Origin: an uncultured Gammaproteobacteria bacterium | GTDB taxonomy: Bacteria > Patescibacteriota > Microgenomatia > Levybacterales > UBA12049 | Direction of reading: 5' to 3' | Assembly (NCBI GenBank): GCA_964637955.1 | Contig: CAZWXQ010000002.1 | Span: 135,782-199,781 of the forward strand | DNA: 64,000 nucleotides | Part shown: piece by piece, positions 1 through 9,517 of the stretch | Numbering within the stretch: the first letter of the stretch is position 1 | Layout of the letters: the number at the start of each line of letters is the position of its first letter | Translations under genes and position numbers: made by a program | Notes under the pieces: generated by a model | Database searches by the model: none | What the model was told of the DNA's origin: nothing | Seen by the model: only the letters and a program-made list of their open reading frames with translations

Positions 1-3000
1 CTAATGCATCTTCTTTATATCCAAGCTTTGCTTTTCTGCTCGCGATATCTATTAGGGTATCGAATGTAGAAATATGTACATCGGTAGGATCTGATGAATC
101 AATTAAAGCCCTTTCAACTTTGGTTAAAAATACGAAGGCATCATGTTTCATTTCCAATCCTTGCATAATCTCAGTTAGCTCACGATAGAAAAAGAATCTA
201 TTTCCCAAAGCTTCATAAATCGGATAATCTTCACCTATATAAGATTTTCCTTCCTCGAAAATTTGTTCTGTCTCATTTAAAATTTCTAAAGCTTTAATTT
301 TATCTCCGGAAGCAAGCGCAGTTCTAGCTATTTCGATAAATGCTTTTTGTTTTTGGAATTTCTGAGGGATATTTCGGGCAAGACGAACTGCTTCATCTAC
401 GCTCTGGCTAGATACTGCGATTGAAAGGCTGCTAAGTTTTTTTGATCTTTCTAAGTTACTTTCAGATCCAAGTGCCAGTCTTATAGCTCTTTGGATGCTT
501 AATGAAAAATCCTCTATATTATCAAATTCTATTTGGGTGGGTAGAGAAGCGCTATTAAGGTCTTTGTAATTTAGAAGAGGGATATTTGAAGTTAGTTCTC
601 TCGGCATACTTTCAGTAGTAATTCCAAACTTTTCTCTTAACTGATCTATGGCAATAACTTGAATTTCTTCTCTAGTTAAATAGGAGACAGCTTTCATCAA
701 ATCTTTGCTTATTTTAACCGCATTATTCTTATGAAGACTTAAATGTCCAGCTTCGTTTTTTGTATAAGCAGTTGAGATTTTTTCAGATAGAGTTTTGGAA
801 AGTTTCCCACTTCTTACAGCAGCGTCAAGATATGCAGGAAGAATTTCAATCGCAGCTTTTAAATGTTCGCTTTCATGAATTCTGCCAAGTTCTCTCATCA
901 TGGAATCGAATCCACTTTTTTCATCTGCCAATTCATAAAGTTGGCCTATCGTAACGTAAAGTCCGTAATAAGGCGTATCACCAAATGCCAGTTCTGCAAG
1001 GAAAGAACCAAGTTCACCGGTATTATAAGAATGTTGTATTTCGTGAATACTTATTTGTTGAACTATGTCATTGGTTAGTTCTTTTAGTTTTTCATCTTTT
1101 CTTTTTTTATTTTCATCGTAGTCTTCAAGGTAAGTTATATTATCCCATTCTTGGAGAACGAGTATTGGCATTTCATCGCGAACATACACTAATATCCCCA
1201 TGAATGTTTCTAGTGATTCACTAATTTGGTCTAGATATACAACTTTTCTGTCACTAGAATCTATATTTCTTACATTTAATCCATTTATTTCTTCACTTGC
1301 TAGGGAAATGCTTTGATCCACAAAATAAACCAAATGTTGGTCTCCAAAATAATCGTACTGCGCAATTTTGTGAATTCTTCCTATTGAAGCTTCAATAGTA
1401 GATTTATCATCTAAATCTATGTGGAATGAATAATCAAAATTTAAAAAGTAAGCGGCTAGTAATTCTTCAGTTTCTTTTAATTTTATTCTTCTGTCCAGTG
1501 ATGAGTAGTAGATCTCATTTGATTTTAGGTTTTCAATATATACATGACTATGATTTGGATCGTTATCCATTGCCTCGTAAACATTAGCTTGTGCTTTATT
1601 TAGTAACTCTTGGATTTCAGGAGAAAGAGAGGAGCTAAGGAGAACTTCTCGAATTCTTTGGAAATGTTCAAGAATTTGTGAGTTTCCCAAAACTTCAGAT
1701 CTTATACTTATAGTATTTTCAATTTCAGTTGTATCTTCAAATGTGTTTATTTTTATGAATGCTTCGCTAAAATCTTTAAGTAAAAAATTTACTTGTTCCT
1801 GTTTTCCGAAATAATCTTTAAGTTTTTCAAAAATTTCAGGACTTACACCATTTATGTTTCCTAAAATAGAATTCAAATCTTCAAATTTTATGCCTATGCC
1901 CCTGACTATATTCTCGATATCTAGATCTGATGTGGGAGTGATTGGAGTTTCATAGACAACAGCTGTAATTAAAGCTAAATCCTCTGGATTTTCTTTCAAA
2001 ATACTTACTACATCTTTAATAGTTAGATCTTCATTCCAAGTTCTTTCAATTTTTCTTCTTTCAAGTGCTGGCACAGAAGTTCTCTCATGAGTTGGAGTTT
2101 CGACTAAAAATGAATTCGGGAGTCCGTCAGTAGTTATAAGATCTGTATTTTTATTTTCCTGTTTACTTTTCTTAGCGAAGAAAAGCATGCCAATATCTTC
2201 AAAGCTGGTAGATCCATTTTCATATCCTTTTTGAAATACTATGACAGTTTCACTAAATCCGCATTTTTCTAGAGCTTCTCTTAATGGTTCAGGAGTGGCG
2301 ATATTTCTTTTTGCATTGCTTCCAAGTCCTGAATCAGTTTTTACGTACCCGATAAAAATTCCTTCTTCTTTTAGGATTCTTGCAGCATTTGTTGCGAAAT
2401 CCACAGAGTTTTCCATATAATCCAAGCCCCAACCGGAGAAGAGAACGTCCACACTTCCATCTGGAATATCGCTATCTCCAAGGCCATGTCCGTATTCATA
2501 TACAAGATTTTTCTTAATTTTTGCGTGATCTTTTTTGCTTGTAGATTGGAGCATCGAATTCAATATTTCTCTTTGAGTTTCGGCTTCAGGAACTTTTTCA
2601 CCTGAAAAATATTTATTCCAAAATTGGGTAGGGAGAAGTTTTGAATAAACTTGATCAAAAGCCATTGAAAATAATTCATCCTGAGAAAGTTTGTCTTGCA
2701 CCTTTTCATTTACAAGCCATGAGATTGTATAGGAAATATTCTCTCTTAATTCTTCATCTAGATTTTCTTCCAAGTAGCTTAATGTATATGGAAATCTTTG
2801 GGACTGGGGCAAATCAAAATAGACAACATTGTCTTCGAGGTTATTATATCCTTTACCTCCATAATATTCGCTTAAATGGCGAGTTAGAAGTATCCCGCCA
2901 TCATCAATAAATTTAAAAATGTAGTGACTACGTTCGGCCGGCGTAAGAGAGCTCCACAACCTTTCATCTATTTTTAGATGTTGTCTTACAAAGATAGCAA

Positions 3001-3571
3001 TTTTTTCAGAAGAGGGAAGTGTCCAGAACATTTGCTCCTCAGCAGATTCAAAATCCTTTCTGCCATGTGCTTCTCTTAACTTTTGCTCAGCACTTCTTGA
3101 TTGCTCCTTGGAATATGTTCTTTCTCCATTTATCAATTCCTTAACTTGAGCGATTGCTCTCGTATCTACGAGAATTGACCTGGCGCCTTTCTTAGCTGCA
3201 TGTACTGCGAAAAACGGATAGAATTCAGGTCTGAAATGTACTACTGTTTTTCCTTCAAGACTGCCTACAAGTTTTTCAGCTGTATCAGCCAAAGCTCTCT
3301 CGGCATACAAATTCATTCCTGGCCAAGCTCTTCCATCAGGTCCACCTGAATTTTTATCTGGATAAAAAGTATCTCCATCGAAAAACGGATCGTATCTGTG
3401 AGTCTGCGAAAACTCGCTACCAATTATTTCGTATTGAATGCGTCCTGTAGCATCATTTTCACGTCTTTTTGGATCGCGTACTGGTTCAGGTAAAACAGCA
3501 TGGAGAGCCTCAATTAAAGGAGTTTGTTGTGGGATTTCGTCTGAATCAATTAAAACTTCTACACCTGCCAT
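1..3571 (-). CDS. Large hypothetical protein, 5' partial in window (start codon at 3571-3569; runs off the window at position 1). At least 1190 aa. Contains an HEIQH (HExxH) zinc-metallopeptidase-like motif.
   Basis: Manual reverse-strand translation from the ATG at 3569-3571 reads without a stop to position 1. It is absent from the ORF track because there is no stop in the window. The many short plus-strand ORFs here are antisense artefacts. Confidence 0.6.
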   Translation of the reverse strand, partial: MAGVEVLIDSDEIPQQTPLIEALHAVLPEPVRDPKRRENDATGRIQYEIIGSEFSQTHRYDPFFDGDTFYPDKNSGGPDGRAWPGMNLYAERALADTAEKLVGSLEGKTVVHFRPEFYPFFAVHAAKKGARSILVDTRAIAQVKELINGERTYSKEQSRSAEQKLREAHGRKDFESAEEQMFWTLPSSEKIAIFVRQHLKIDERLWSSLTPAERSHYIFKFIDDGGILLTRHLSEYYGGKGYNNLEDNVVYFDLPQSQRFPYTLSYLEENLDEELRENISYTISWLVNEKVQDKLSQDELFSMAFDQVYSKLLPTQFWNKYFSGEKVPEAETQREILNSMLQSTSKKDHAKIKKNLVYEYGHGLGDSDIPDGSVDVLFSGWGLDYMENSVDFATNAARILKEEGIFIGYVKTDSGLGSNAKRNIATPEPLREALEKCGFSETVIVFQKGYENGSTSFEDIGMLFFAKKSKQENKNTDLITTDGLPNSFLVETPTHERTSVPALERRKIERTWNEDLTIKDVVSILKENPEDLALITAVVYETPITPTSDLDIENIVRGIGIKFEDLNSILGNINGVSPEIFEKLKDYFGKQEQVNFLLKDFSEAFIKINTFEDTTEIENTISIRSEVLGNSQILEHFQRIREVLLSSSLSPEIQELLNKAQANVYEAMDNDPNHSHVYIENLKSNEIYYSSLDRRIKLKETEELLAAYFLNFDYSFHIDLDDKSTIEASIGRIHKIAQYDYFGDQHLVYFVDQSISLASEEINGLNVRNIDSSDRKVVYLDQISESLETFMGILVYVRDEMPILVLQEWDNITYLEDYDENKKRKDEKLKELTNDIVQQISIHEIQHSYNTGELGSFLAELAFGDTPYYGLYVTIGQLYELADEKSGFDSMMRELGRIHESEHLKAAIEILPAYLDAAVRSGKLSKTLSEKISTAYTKNEAGHLSLHKNNAVKISKDLMKAVSYLTREEIQVIAIDQLREKFGITTESMPRELTSNIPLLNYKDLNSASLPTQIEFDNIEDFSLSIQRAIRLALGSESNLERSKKLSSLSIAVSSQSVDEAVRLARNIPQKFQKQKAFIEIARTALASGDKIKALEILNETEQIFEEGKSYIGEDYPIYEALGNRFFFYRELTEIMQGLEMKHDAFVFLTKVERALIDSSDPTDVHISTFDTLIDIASRKAKLGYKEDAL

Positions 3572-3649
3572 TTATAAGGTTAGAATTATAACTTATAGTC
3601 TGAAGTTATGCAATTATTTAGTATATTTAATCTTTGTTATAATCTGAGC

Positions 3650-4246
3650 ATGAATTATAAGGATCAAGTGTTTTCAGCAGATGAAATAAAGGGTAAAGAG
3701 TTTATAGATTGTGAATTCGAAAACTGTCGATTTGTTTCCACAAATCTTAGATTCACCTCGTTTAAAAATACTAATTTTCTAACCTGTGATTTATCATCTG
3801 CAGCTTTTGATCTAACATCTTTCGTAAGCTGCAAATTTCCTGAAAGTAAGTTAAGTAATGTAGATTTCTCTGAGATGCAGATAAAAGACTGTGACTTTTC
3901 AAATTCCATTCTTCGGAACTGCGTTTTTCAGCAGCTGAAACCAGGGAGTAAAAATGAAAAGGAGAAATTTGACTTAAGTCGTATAAATTTTGAAAATGCA
4001 CAGCTCCAAAGCGCATTATTTTCTTTCTGTGATTTAAAAGAAGCCAACTTCAGAGGTGCTGATCTGGAAAGCGTAGTCTTCGAAAAGTGTAAATTAAAAG
4101 AAACAAATTTCACTGGAGCAAATATTAGTGGCACAAACTTTTCAGACTCTTCGATAGACGGCGCCATCCTTGATGTCGATGGTTTTATTTCATTCGGAGT
4201 ATCAACCGGTTTCAAGCTCGAAAACCTAAACCACCCAGAAAAATAA
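3650..4246 (+). CDS. Pentapeptide-repeat protein
   Basis: Runs of A(D/N)LxX-type pentapeptides (CDFSNSILRNCVF, ANFRGADLESVVFEKCKLKETNFTGANISGTNF). A TGTTATAAT-like -10 box at about 3637 argues for the internal ATG at 3650 rather than 3608. Confidence 0.6.
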   Translation: MNYKDQVFSADEIKGKEFIDCEFENCRFVSTNLRFTSFKNTNFLTCDLSSAAFDLTSFVSCKFPESKLSNVDFSEMQIKDCDFSNSILRNCVFQQLKPGSKNEKEKFDLSRINFENAQLQSALFSFCDLKEANFRGADLESVVFEKCKLKETNFTGANISGTNFSDSSIDGAILDVDGFISFGVSTGFKLENLNHPEK

Positions 4247-4342
4247 AAGTCCGATTCCCATTAGTCTTTACTCCGCAGAGTTTATCCTGTATCTCTTGAT
4301 GAAGGATTGACACCGAAGCAAAAATATATATAATTCCATTTT

Positions 4343-4744
4343 ATGAAAGAAAATGGCGTAGGGAAGGTAATTTTTGGAGAGCCCAATGAATTTTTAGCAG
4401 CACGATTACATGCTCAAGCCCTCGATTGTGCAGATAAGGCTGATAAATCACGAGGAAATTATCTAAGAAGAGATTCTTTTTATAGAGACGCAGCAGCCTT
4501 AGAAGAATTGGCTTTTGCTACATATCCTCCAGAAAGGGTAGAGGCTAGGTGTGCGTCTGCATTTTATGCAGTCAGTTTTCATTATAATTCAGGCTATCCT
4601 GAAGATGTAATTAGATCAGGTGCGCATTTTTTAAGAAATTTACCCCAGCCTGCATTGGAAATTGTAGGTAGAAGAATTCAGGTTATGTTAGATGAAGCAA
4701 AGCTGCGTGTTAATTCTCCTTTGTATATTAATTCCCAACCTTGA
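4343..4744 (+). CDS. Hypothetical protein (133 aa)
   Basis: ORF only; no recognisable motif. Confidence 0.35.
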   Translation: MKENGVGKVIFGEPNEFLAARLHAQALDCADKADKSRGNYLRRDSFYRDAAALEELAFATYPPERVEARCASAFYAVSFHYNSGYPEDVIRSGAHFLRNLPQPALEIVGRRIQVMLDEAKLRVNSPLYINSQP

Positions 4745-5873
4745 CACAAAGCTAAAAGGTGCCATAATTAGCCTCATCTTGAACATTATATTTACAAATC
4801 CATATAAAAACGAATTTGAAAAAAAATTTCAAATCGCAGAGTCACATGTCAGAAATATAATTAATAATCCATTTAAAATAAGTACAGTTTCTGAAGATGG
4901 TTTAACAATAAGTATATATTTAAGTCAACTAATAGATAAAAAATTCTACATATTAGTTTGGACTGAAATTCAAGGAAATAACCTGCAAGTTAAAAGTGCA
5001 TTTAAACTATTAAAAGGATTTGTTGAAGAAGAGCATGTTAATGATCCAAAATGGATCCTTCAAAAATTTGTAAATGAATTTGGCCTCGTGATTCAGGTAG
5101 GTGAGCAGGTAGGTAAATTCATATATAAAGAAGATATTTTAGTAAAACCTTCGCTTACTCCCACGAATCTTCTTACATTTAATAATTTTCAAAATCACGC
5201 TTTTTTTGGCAGTCAATATTTCAAAATCATTGAAAGCCCAGGGCACAAAGTGGTTAAATGCTTTTTGATTTTCTTTATTGATGTAGATAGGTATTTATCT
5301 TGGATAGATGATAAATCTAATTCTGATAATGAAGAAGCAGCAAAAATATTGAAAGAGAAATTGAAAAGTTGCCCAGTTGGTAAGCCTGGATGGAGGGAGT
5401 ATGAAGGAATATGTAAGGAGATAGTTGAGTTTTTATTCAGAGATGATTTTTACAACTTTAATGCAGAGGAGCAACTTAGTACTTATGATGGGCTAGAAAT
5501 AAGAGATTTATTAGTGGTAAATGATGCTAAACCAGAGTCTTTATTTTGGAGTGGAGTTAAAAATGAATTTGGTTCAAATCAGATTATTTATGAATTTAAG
5601 AATCTCACAGATGAAATAGGGAAAGATGAGGTTTATCAAACAGACGATTACACTAACAAGGCGATTGGTTTTTTTGCAATCATTTTTTCAAGGAAAGGGT
5701 TATCCCCGAATGGGGTTAGTGCAGTTAAAAGAAAATATGATTCAACAGATAAAGTATTGGTTTTGAATTGTACAGATGAAGATTTAATCGAAATGCTTAC
5801 GTTGAGGAGTGCAGGGAAAGATCCTACGATCATACTTCAGCAAAAGAAAACAGAATTTGAAAGTACATATTGA
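4692..5873 (+). CDS. Hypothetical protein (about 390 aa; start uncertain, overlaps the upstream ORF by 52 nt)
   Basis: Long ORF with AT-rich codon usage typical of this genome. Confidence 0.45.
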   Translation: MKQSCVLILLCILIPNLDTKLKGAIISLILNIIFTNPYKNEFEKKFQIAESHVRNIINNPFKISTVSEDGLTISIYLSQLIDKKFYILVWTEIQGNNLQVKSAFKLLKGFVEEEHVNDPKWILQKFVNEFGLVIQVGEQVGKFIYKEDILVKPSLTPTNLLTFNNFQNHAFFGSQYFKIIESPGHKVVKCFLIFFIDVDRYLSWIDDKSNSDNEEAAKILKEKLKSCPVGKPGWREYEGICKEIVEFLFRDDFYNFNAEEQLSTYDGLEIRDLLVVNDAKPESLFWSGVKNEFGSNQIIYEFKNLTDEIGKDEVYQTDDYTNKAIGFFAIIFSRKGLSPNGVSAVKRKYDSTDKVLVLNCTDEDLIEMLTLRSAGKDPTIILQQKKTEFESTY

Positions 5874-5930
5874 GATTTGTATTTTATGAAGAGGTAGAGC
5901 CGAGGCGGATACCTCTTCATACAAAAATTT

Positions 5931-6227
5931 CTACATAGGTAGGGCTTCGAATATTTTTACACTTGTTAGTGTCGGGCAATCATTTTTCACCATTTCTTCT
6001 ACTTCTTCCTGACTTTGGGCATTTATTATCGTATAGCCAGAGATTGCGTCAACGCCTGCTGGAAGATCTTTTTTACTTCCATCTTTCATGATTTCTACGC
6101 CAGCTGCGAAAGGGTTTCCGCTGTCGACAACTCTATCGCCTAAAACTTCAAACCATTTGGTCCAGCCGTCCATAACATTTTGAGAAGGTTCCACTGAACC
6201 TACATATAAAATTACAAATTTCTTCAT
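5931..6227 (-). CDS. Small YciI-like / dimeric alpha-beta-barrel family protein (98 aa)
   Basis: MKKFVILYVG...DGWTKWFEVLGD...SGNPF pattern. RBS AAAGGGGGTGA upstream. Confidence 0.4.
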   Translation of the reverse strand: MKKFVILYVGSVEPSQNVMDGWTKWFEVLGDRVVDSGNPFAAGVEIMKDGSKKDLPAGVDAISGYTIINAQSQEEVEEMVKNDCPTLTSVKIFEALPM

Positions 6228-6489
6228 TTTTTCTTTTCACCCCCTTTCTAGACTCACTTTCTTTTTCGAAGAAAAAGACTAGTGAGCTCTTGATCCCAAA
6301 GCCGAAGGCTGTTGGGACATTTTAGTAATCTCTTATCGAACCCTCCTTGGAGGGAGAGATTTAGAGTTAGTTATACTTAGATCTTCGATCTAAGTATTGA
6401 ATTTCCTATCGGTTATTCTTAATAAGAAATTCTTATTTGCACCGTTGGCAATCTTAAGTTGCCGACGAGCACTAATAAGCTTATTAACC

Positions 6490-6822
6490 TCACTTATCAT
6501 TTTCCATTAAATAATGTGCGTAATTTTCGAGTGATTCAGCATCTGTGCCCCAATATGCCTGAAATTCATTTAGCCAAACCTGAATATTTTTTACGCACTC
6601 TCTATTCAAAATTAAGAAATTTGTGCGTCCGATTTTTTTAGACCTTATTAGTCCAGAAGTCTTCAGAACTTTTATATGTTTATGAATTGCCGGAAGAGAG
6701 AGATTCTCTTGGTGGGCGAGTTGAGTGATAGAGTGGGGCTGAAGTCCCAGACAATGCACGATATCTCGTCTGTGCTGATTTCCTAGAGCTTCAAAAATAT
6801 TATCAAGTTCTTTATTTTTCAT
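6490..6822 (-). CDS. ArsR/SmtB-family HTH transcriptional regulator
   Basis: HRRDIVHCL...SITQLA...LSLPAIHKHIKVLKTSGLI helix-turn-helix signature. Confidence 0.7.
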   Translation of the reverse strand: MKNKELDNIFEALGNQHRRDIVHCLGLQPHSITQLAHQENLSLPAIHKHIKVLKTSGLIRSKKIGRTNFLILNRECVKNIQVWLNEFQAYWGTDAESLENYAHYLMENDK

Positions 6823-6828
6823 AAAAGG

Positions 6829-6844
6829 TTAACTTTAAAGTTAA
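6829..6844. promoter_or_regulatory. Perfect 16-bp palindrome TTAACTTTAAAGTTAA immediately upstream of the ArsR-like gene start; candidate autoregulatory operator
   Basis: Seen in sequence, 7 nt from the start codon at 6822. Confidence 0.45.
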
Positions 6845-6900
6845 GTATAATGATTTGGATAGTTTTTGTCAATCTGTAGCTTCTGATATAATTTTTTCAA

Positions 6901-6935
6901 ATGGAATATAAAACGAAGACTGATTTAATTCTTCC
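6901..6935 (+). repeat. Direct repeat copy 1 (35 bp, the first 35 bp of the M23 gene). Copy 2 is at 8491-8525 with 2 mismatches.
   Basis: ATGGA(A/T)TATAAAACGAAGACTGATTTAATTCT(T/C)CC appears at both positions. Confidence 0.9.
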
Positions 6936-7479
6936 ATTTAATGGAACCTGGATGGTTTCTAATGGAGGAAGAACTAAAGAAACAAATAATCATTTGAGGG
7001 AAGATGGCCCTAGGCATCAGATCTATGCTTATGATTTTCGAGAAGAATTTACAGGAATTAAAGATAGGTTGGAGGACTATGAAGTTTTTGGAAAAGAAGT
7101 TTTATGTCCGGCTGATGCCAGGATTATCTTGGTAAAGAACGATTCAGTTGACATTAATCCTGGTGAGCAAAATAAAGGTGTTGGAATGGGGAACGGCGTG
7201 GGACTCGATTTTGGAAACGGCGAATTTGGTTTAATTTGTCATTTTAAATTTAACTCTATAACAGTAAAGGAGGGGGATAGAGTAAAACAAGGAGAATTGA
7301 TTGGTCTTTGTGGAAATAGTGGAGGTTCCTCCCAGCCCCATATTCACTTCAATCTTCAAGAAAATCCAAAAATGAAAAATCGAAAAGCATTGCCAGCTCA
7401 GTTCAGAAAAATATTGGTAAATGGAGAGTTGAAGGAAGAATATGAACCCGTTCGTTTCGATATGGTTTCAAATCCATAA
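6901..7479 (+). CDS. M23-family (LytM-like) peptidase
   Basis: GNSGGSSQPHIHF HxH motif and upstream HxxxD-like region. Promoter-like TTGTCA...TATAAT lies upstream. Confidence 0.65.
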   Translation: MEYKTKTDLILPFNGTWMVSNGGRTKETNNHLREDGPRHQIYAYDFREEFTGIKDRLEDYEVFGKEVLCPADARIILVKNDSVDINPGEQNKGVGMGNGVGLDFGNGEFGLICHFKFNSITVKEGDRVKQGELIGLCGNSGGSSQPHIHFNLQENPKMKNRKALPAQFRKILVNGELKEEYEPVRFDMVSNP

Positions 7480-7551
7480 CCCATGATATATTTAGCCTCG
7501 TAAATAAGCTTATAGTTTGACTTAAATTCATATTTTAGGTATAATTCTGAC

Positions 7552-8472
7552 ATGACTAGTGAACAAATTCCGGAAAATAATTTTCGTGAGATGGTTTTGA
7601 GAGGTAGAACACCTGCTGAATACATCGAACAAACGCTTGCTGAGGAAGAGAGTTTTAATCGTGAGCTTCGACCTGAATTGCCTTCATTTACGGCCTGGGA
7701 TAAAGCAGGGTTTATTCTTGGACTTGTAGAGAGGGGAATTATCGAAGAAAATGATATCGCATCAGTCGTACCTGGAATTGGTTTATCTGAACATGAAGTA
7801 GAGCATTTTTTAGATCAGATAATTCCAGAAGCAAAAGAGGCAATTGAACAAGACAGAAAGCTGCATGAAATGGAAGCAGCAAAACAAAGAGTTGAGCTTG
7901 CAGAAGCCTTCTCCAGAAGCTGGGGAGTAGATAGAATCTCTGCATTTGCTGATATAGGTTTATTAAATATAGACGCAATTAGAGCTCTAGATCCATCTTG
8001 GGCGAATGCACTTGAGAGATTCCCAGAATATAAGCCTGAACTTGAAAGAATAATAGCAGGGATAGAAGATCCAGAGGCCAAAGCTATGGCATTAATGAGA
8101 AATTTATTTTATGTAAGTAATCTTCATCCGTCAGAAACCATGGAAATTTTTAGGACTGAACAGAAAACCGGAACTTATGTATATCAAGATAGTTTATTTA
8201 GAGCTTCATATGTTTTACACCAGCTTAAAACTGAAAGAGATCCAGATTTTAGTGTAATTAAATTTGGAGGAGGTGGAATGATGATTTCTATGAATTTTAC
8301 TAGTGTGGATGACCCGGAATCAATGAAAAGAAAAGATAGAAAAGATAGATTAAGTTTGTTGCAATTTGGAGCTGTAACTCCTTTTGAGGTAACCAGTCCT
8401 GATAAAAATGTTTTTCAACCAGGACTCGCTAGTCAAATAAATCAATTTACTATTTTGCCTTCAGAAAGTTAA
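7552..8472 (+). CDS. Hypothetical protein (306 aa)
   Basis: ORF; consensus-like promoter (TTGACT...TATAAT) at about 7515-7545. Confidence 0.5.
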   Translation: MTSEQIPENNFREMVLRGRTPAEYIEQTLAEEESFNRELRPELPSFTAWDKAGFILGLVERGIIEENDIASVVPGIGLSEHEVEHFLDQIIPEAKEAIEQDRKLHEMEAAKQRVELAEAFSRSWGVDRISAFADIGLLNIDAIRALDPSWANALERFPEYKPELERIIAGIEDPEAKAMALMRNLFYVSNLHPSETMEIFRTEQKTGTYVYQDSLFRASYVLHQLKTERDPDFSVIKFGGGGMMISMNFTSVDDPESMKRKDRKDRLSLLQFGAVTPFEVTSPDKNVFQPGLASQINQFTILPSES

Positions 8473-8490
8473 CTTCTTATATTTAGCCAC

Positions 8491-8525
8491 ATGGATTATA
8501 AAACGAAGACTGATTTAATTCTCCC
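8491..8525 (+). repeat. Direct repeat copy 2. A relic 5' fragment of the M23 gene (MDYKTKTDLILP then a stop after 16 codons).
   Basis: 33/35 identity to 6901-6935. Confidence 0.9.
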
Positions 8526-8583
8526 TATAAAAATAATTTAGCTATTTCTAAAAAGGCATTTTTAGTTATACTAGATTAATAAT

Positions 8584-9477
8584 ATGGATGTAGTTTCAGA
8601 GCAAACTGGTGTTCATGAATGGGGGGAATACGCAGAGAGAAGAGTTCTTGCTCCCCCTGAATTCATAAAAGAAATTAGTGAAAAGCTAAAAGAAAAAGAT
8701 ATTCTTTCGGTTGGAGAGCATCATGATTTAGAGCAAGATGCAAGTTATGGTTGGATCCAGCAGTTTGCAGGAGAGATTTTTGAAGCTTATGATTGGTATA
8801 GGCTCGGAAAAATTACAGGTAAAGAGCCAATGCCATTTGAAAGACTTTTAAGGCGCGAATCTAAATTGGTAGAAAAACTTATGGAAAGGCAGCCTAGCTT
8901 TGAAGAATTAAAAAAGATGCATGTAGGAAGGTTTTTTGCGCTTGGAGTCTTGCCACTCGCTAAAGCAGCAGGTTATACGGATTTGGTTTTAGAAGGATTC
9001 GATGAAATTAGCCCGGGGGCAAGTTATCAATTAAGTAAAGATAAGACAGGTGATTTGCTCAGGCTTACTTACGCTATGATATTGGGATTTAATATTCATG
9101 GCGCATGGCCAAGAGGGCAGTTTGTTAAGCCAGAAGAGGTTGGTGATTCAATATTTGAAAAGATAAAAGCAGCAAAAACCTCAAATCCAGAAGCTAAAAT
9201 ACTCGTCTATAATGGTGCAATGCATAACGTGACTGAGCCTTTTAAATTAGGATCAAAAGTGAGCCTTGGTATATTTGGGGAAACAGATCCAAATGAGTGG
9301 AGTTATGCTCCAAGAGCTAGGGAATTATGGGGAGAATGGTATGGAGCAATGGATTTGATGAATGGAGGCAGGCCTCTTCCGAATAGCCATTTTAAATATA
9401 TGCAAGAAAAAGCAGAGCCTGGACAAATTACGAGATTCACGCATGGTATAGATCAGCAAACTTATATATTAAATTGA
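8584..9477 (+). CDS. Hypothetical protein (297 aa)
   Basis: ORF only. Confidence 0.5.
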   Translation: MDVVSEQTGVHEWGEYAERRVLAPPEFIKEISEKLKEKDILSVGEHHDLEQDASYGWIQQFAGEIFEAYDWYRLGKITGKEPMPFERLLRRESKLVEKLMERQPSFEELKKMHVGRFFALGVLPLAKAAGYTDLVLEGFDEISPGASYQLSKDKTGDLLRLTYAMILGFNIHGAWPRGQFVKPEEVGDSIFEKIKAAKTSNPEAKILVYNGAMHNVTEPFKLGSKVSLGIFGETDPNEWSYAPRARELWGEWYGAMDLMNGGRPLPNSHFKYMQEKAEPGQITRFTHGIDQQTYILN

Positions 9478-9517
9478 ATTAGAAAGATATTATATTTTCT
9501 TGCTATAATTAGCTTCT

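Noticed and set aside
760-3647. Plus-strand ORFs (760-954, 863-1078, 985-1203, 2641-2910, 3438-3647) in the first 3.6 kb
   Set aside because: They lie antisense to, and entirely within, the long uninterrupted minus-strand reading frame 1-3571. They are shadow ORFs.
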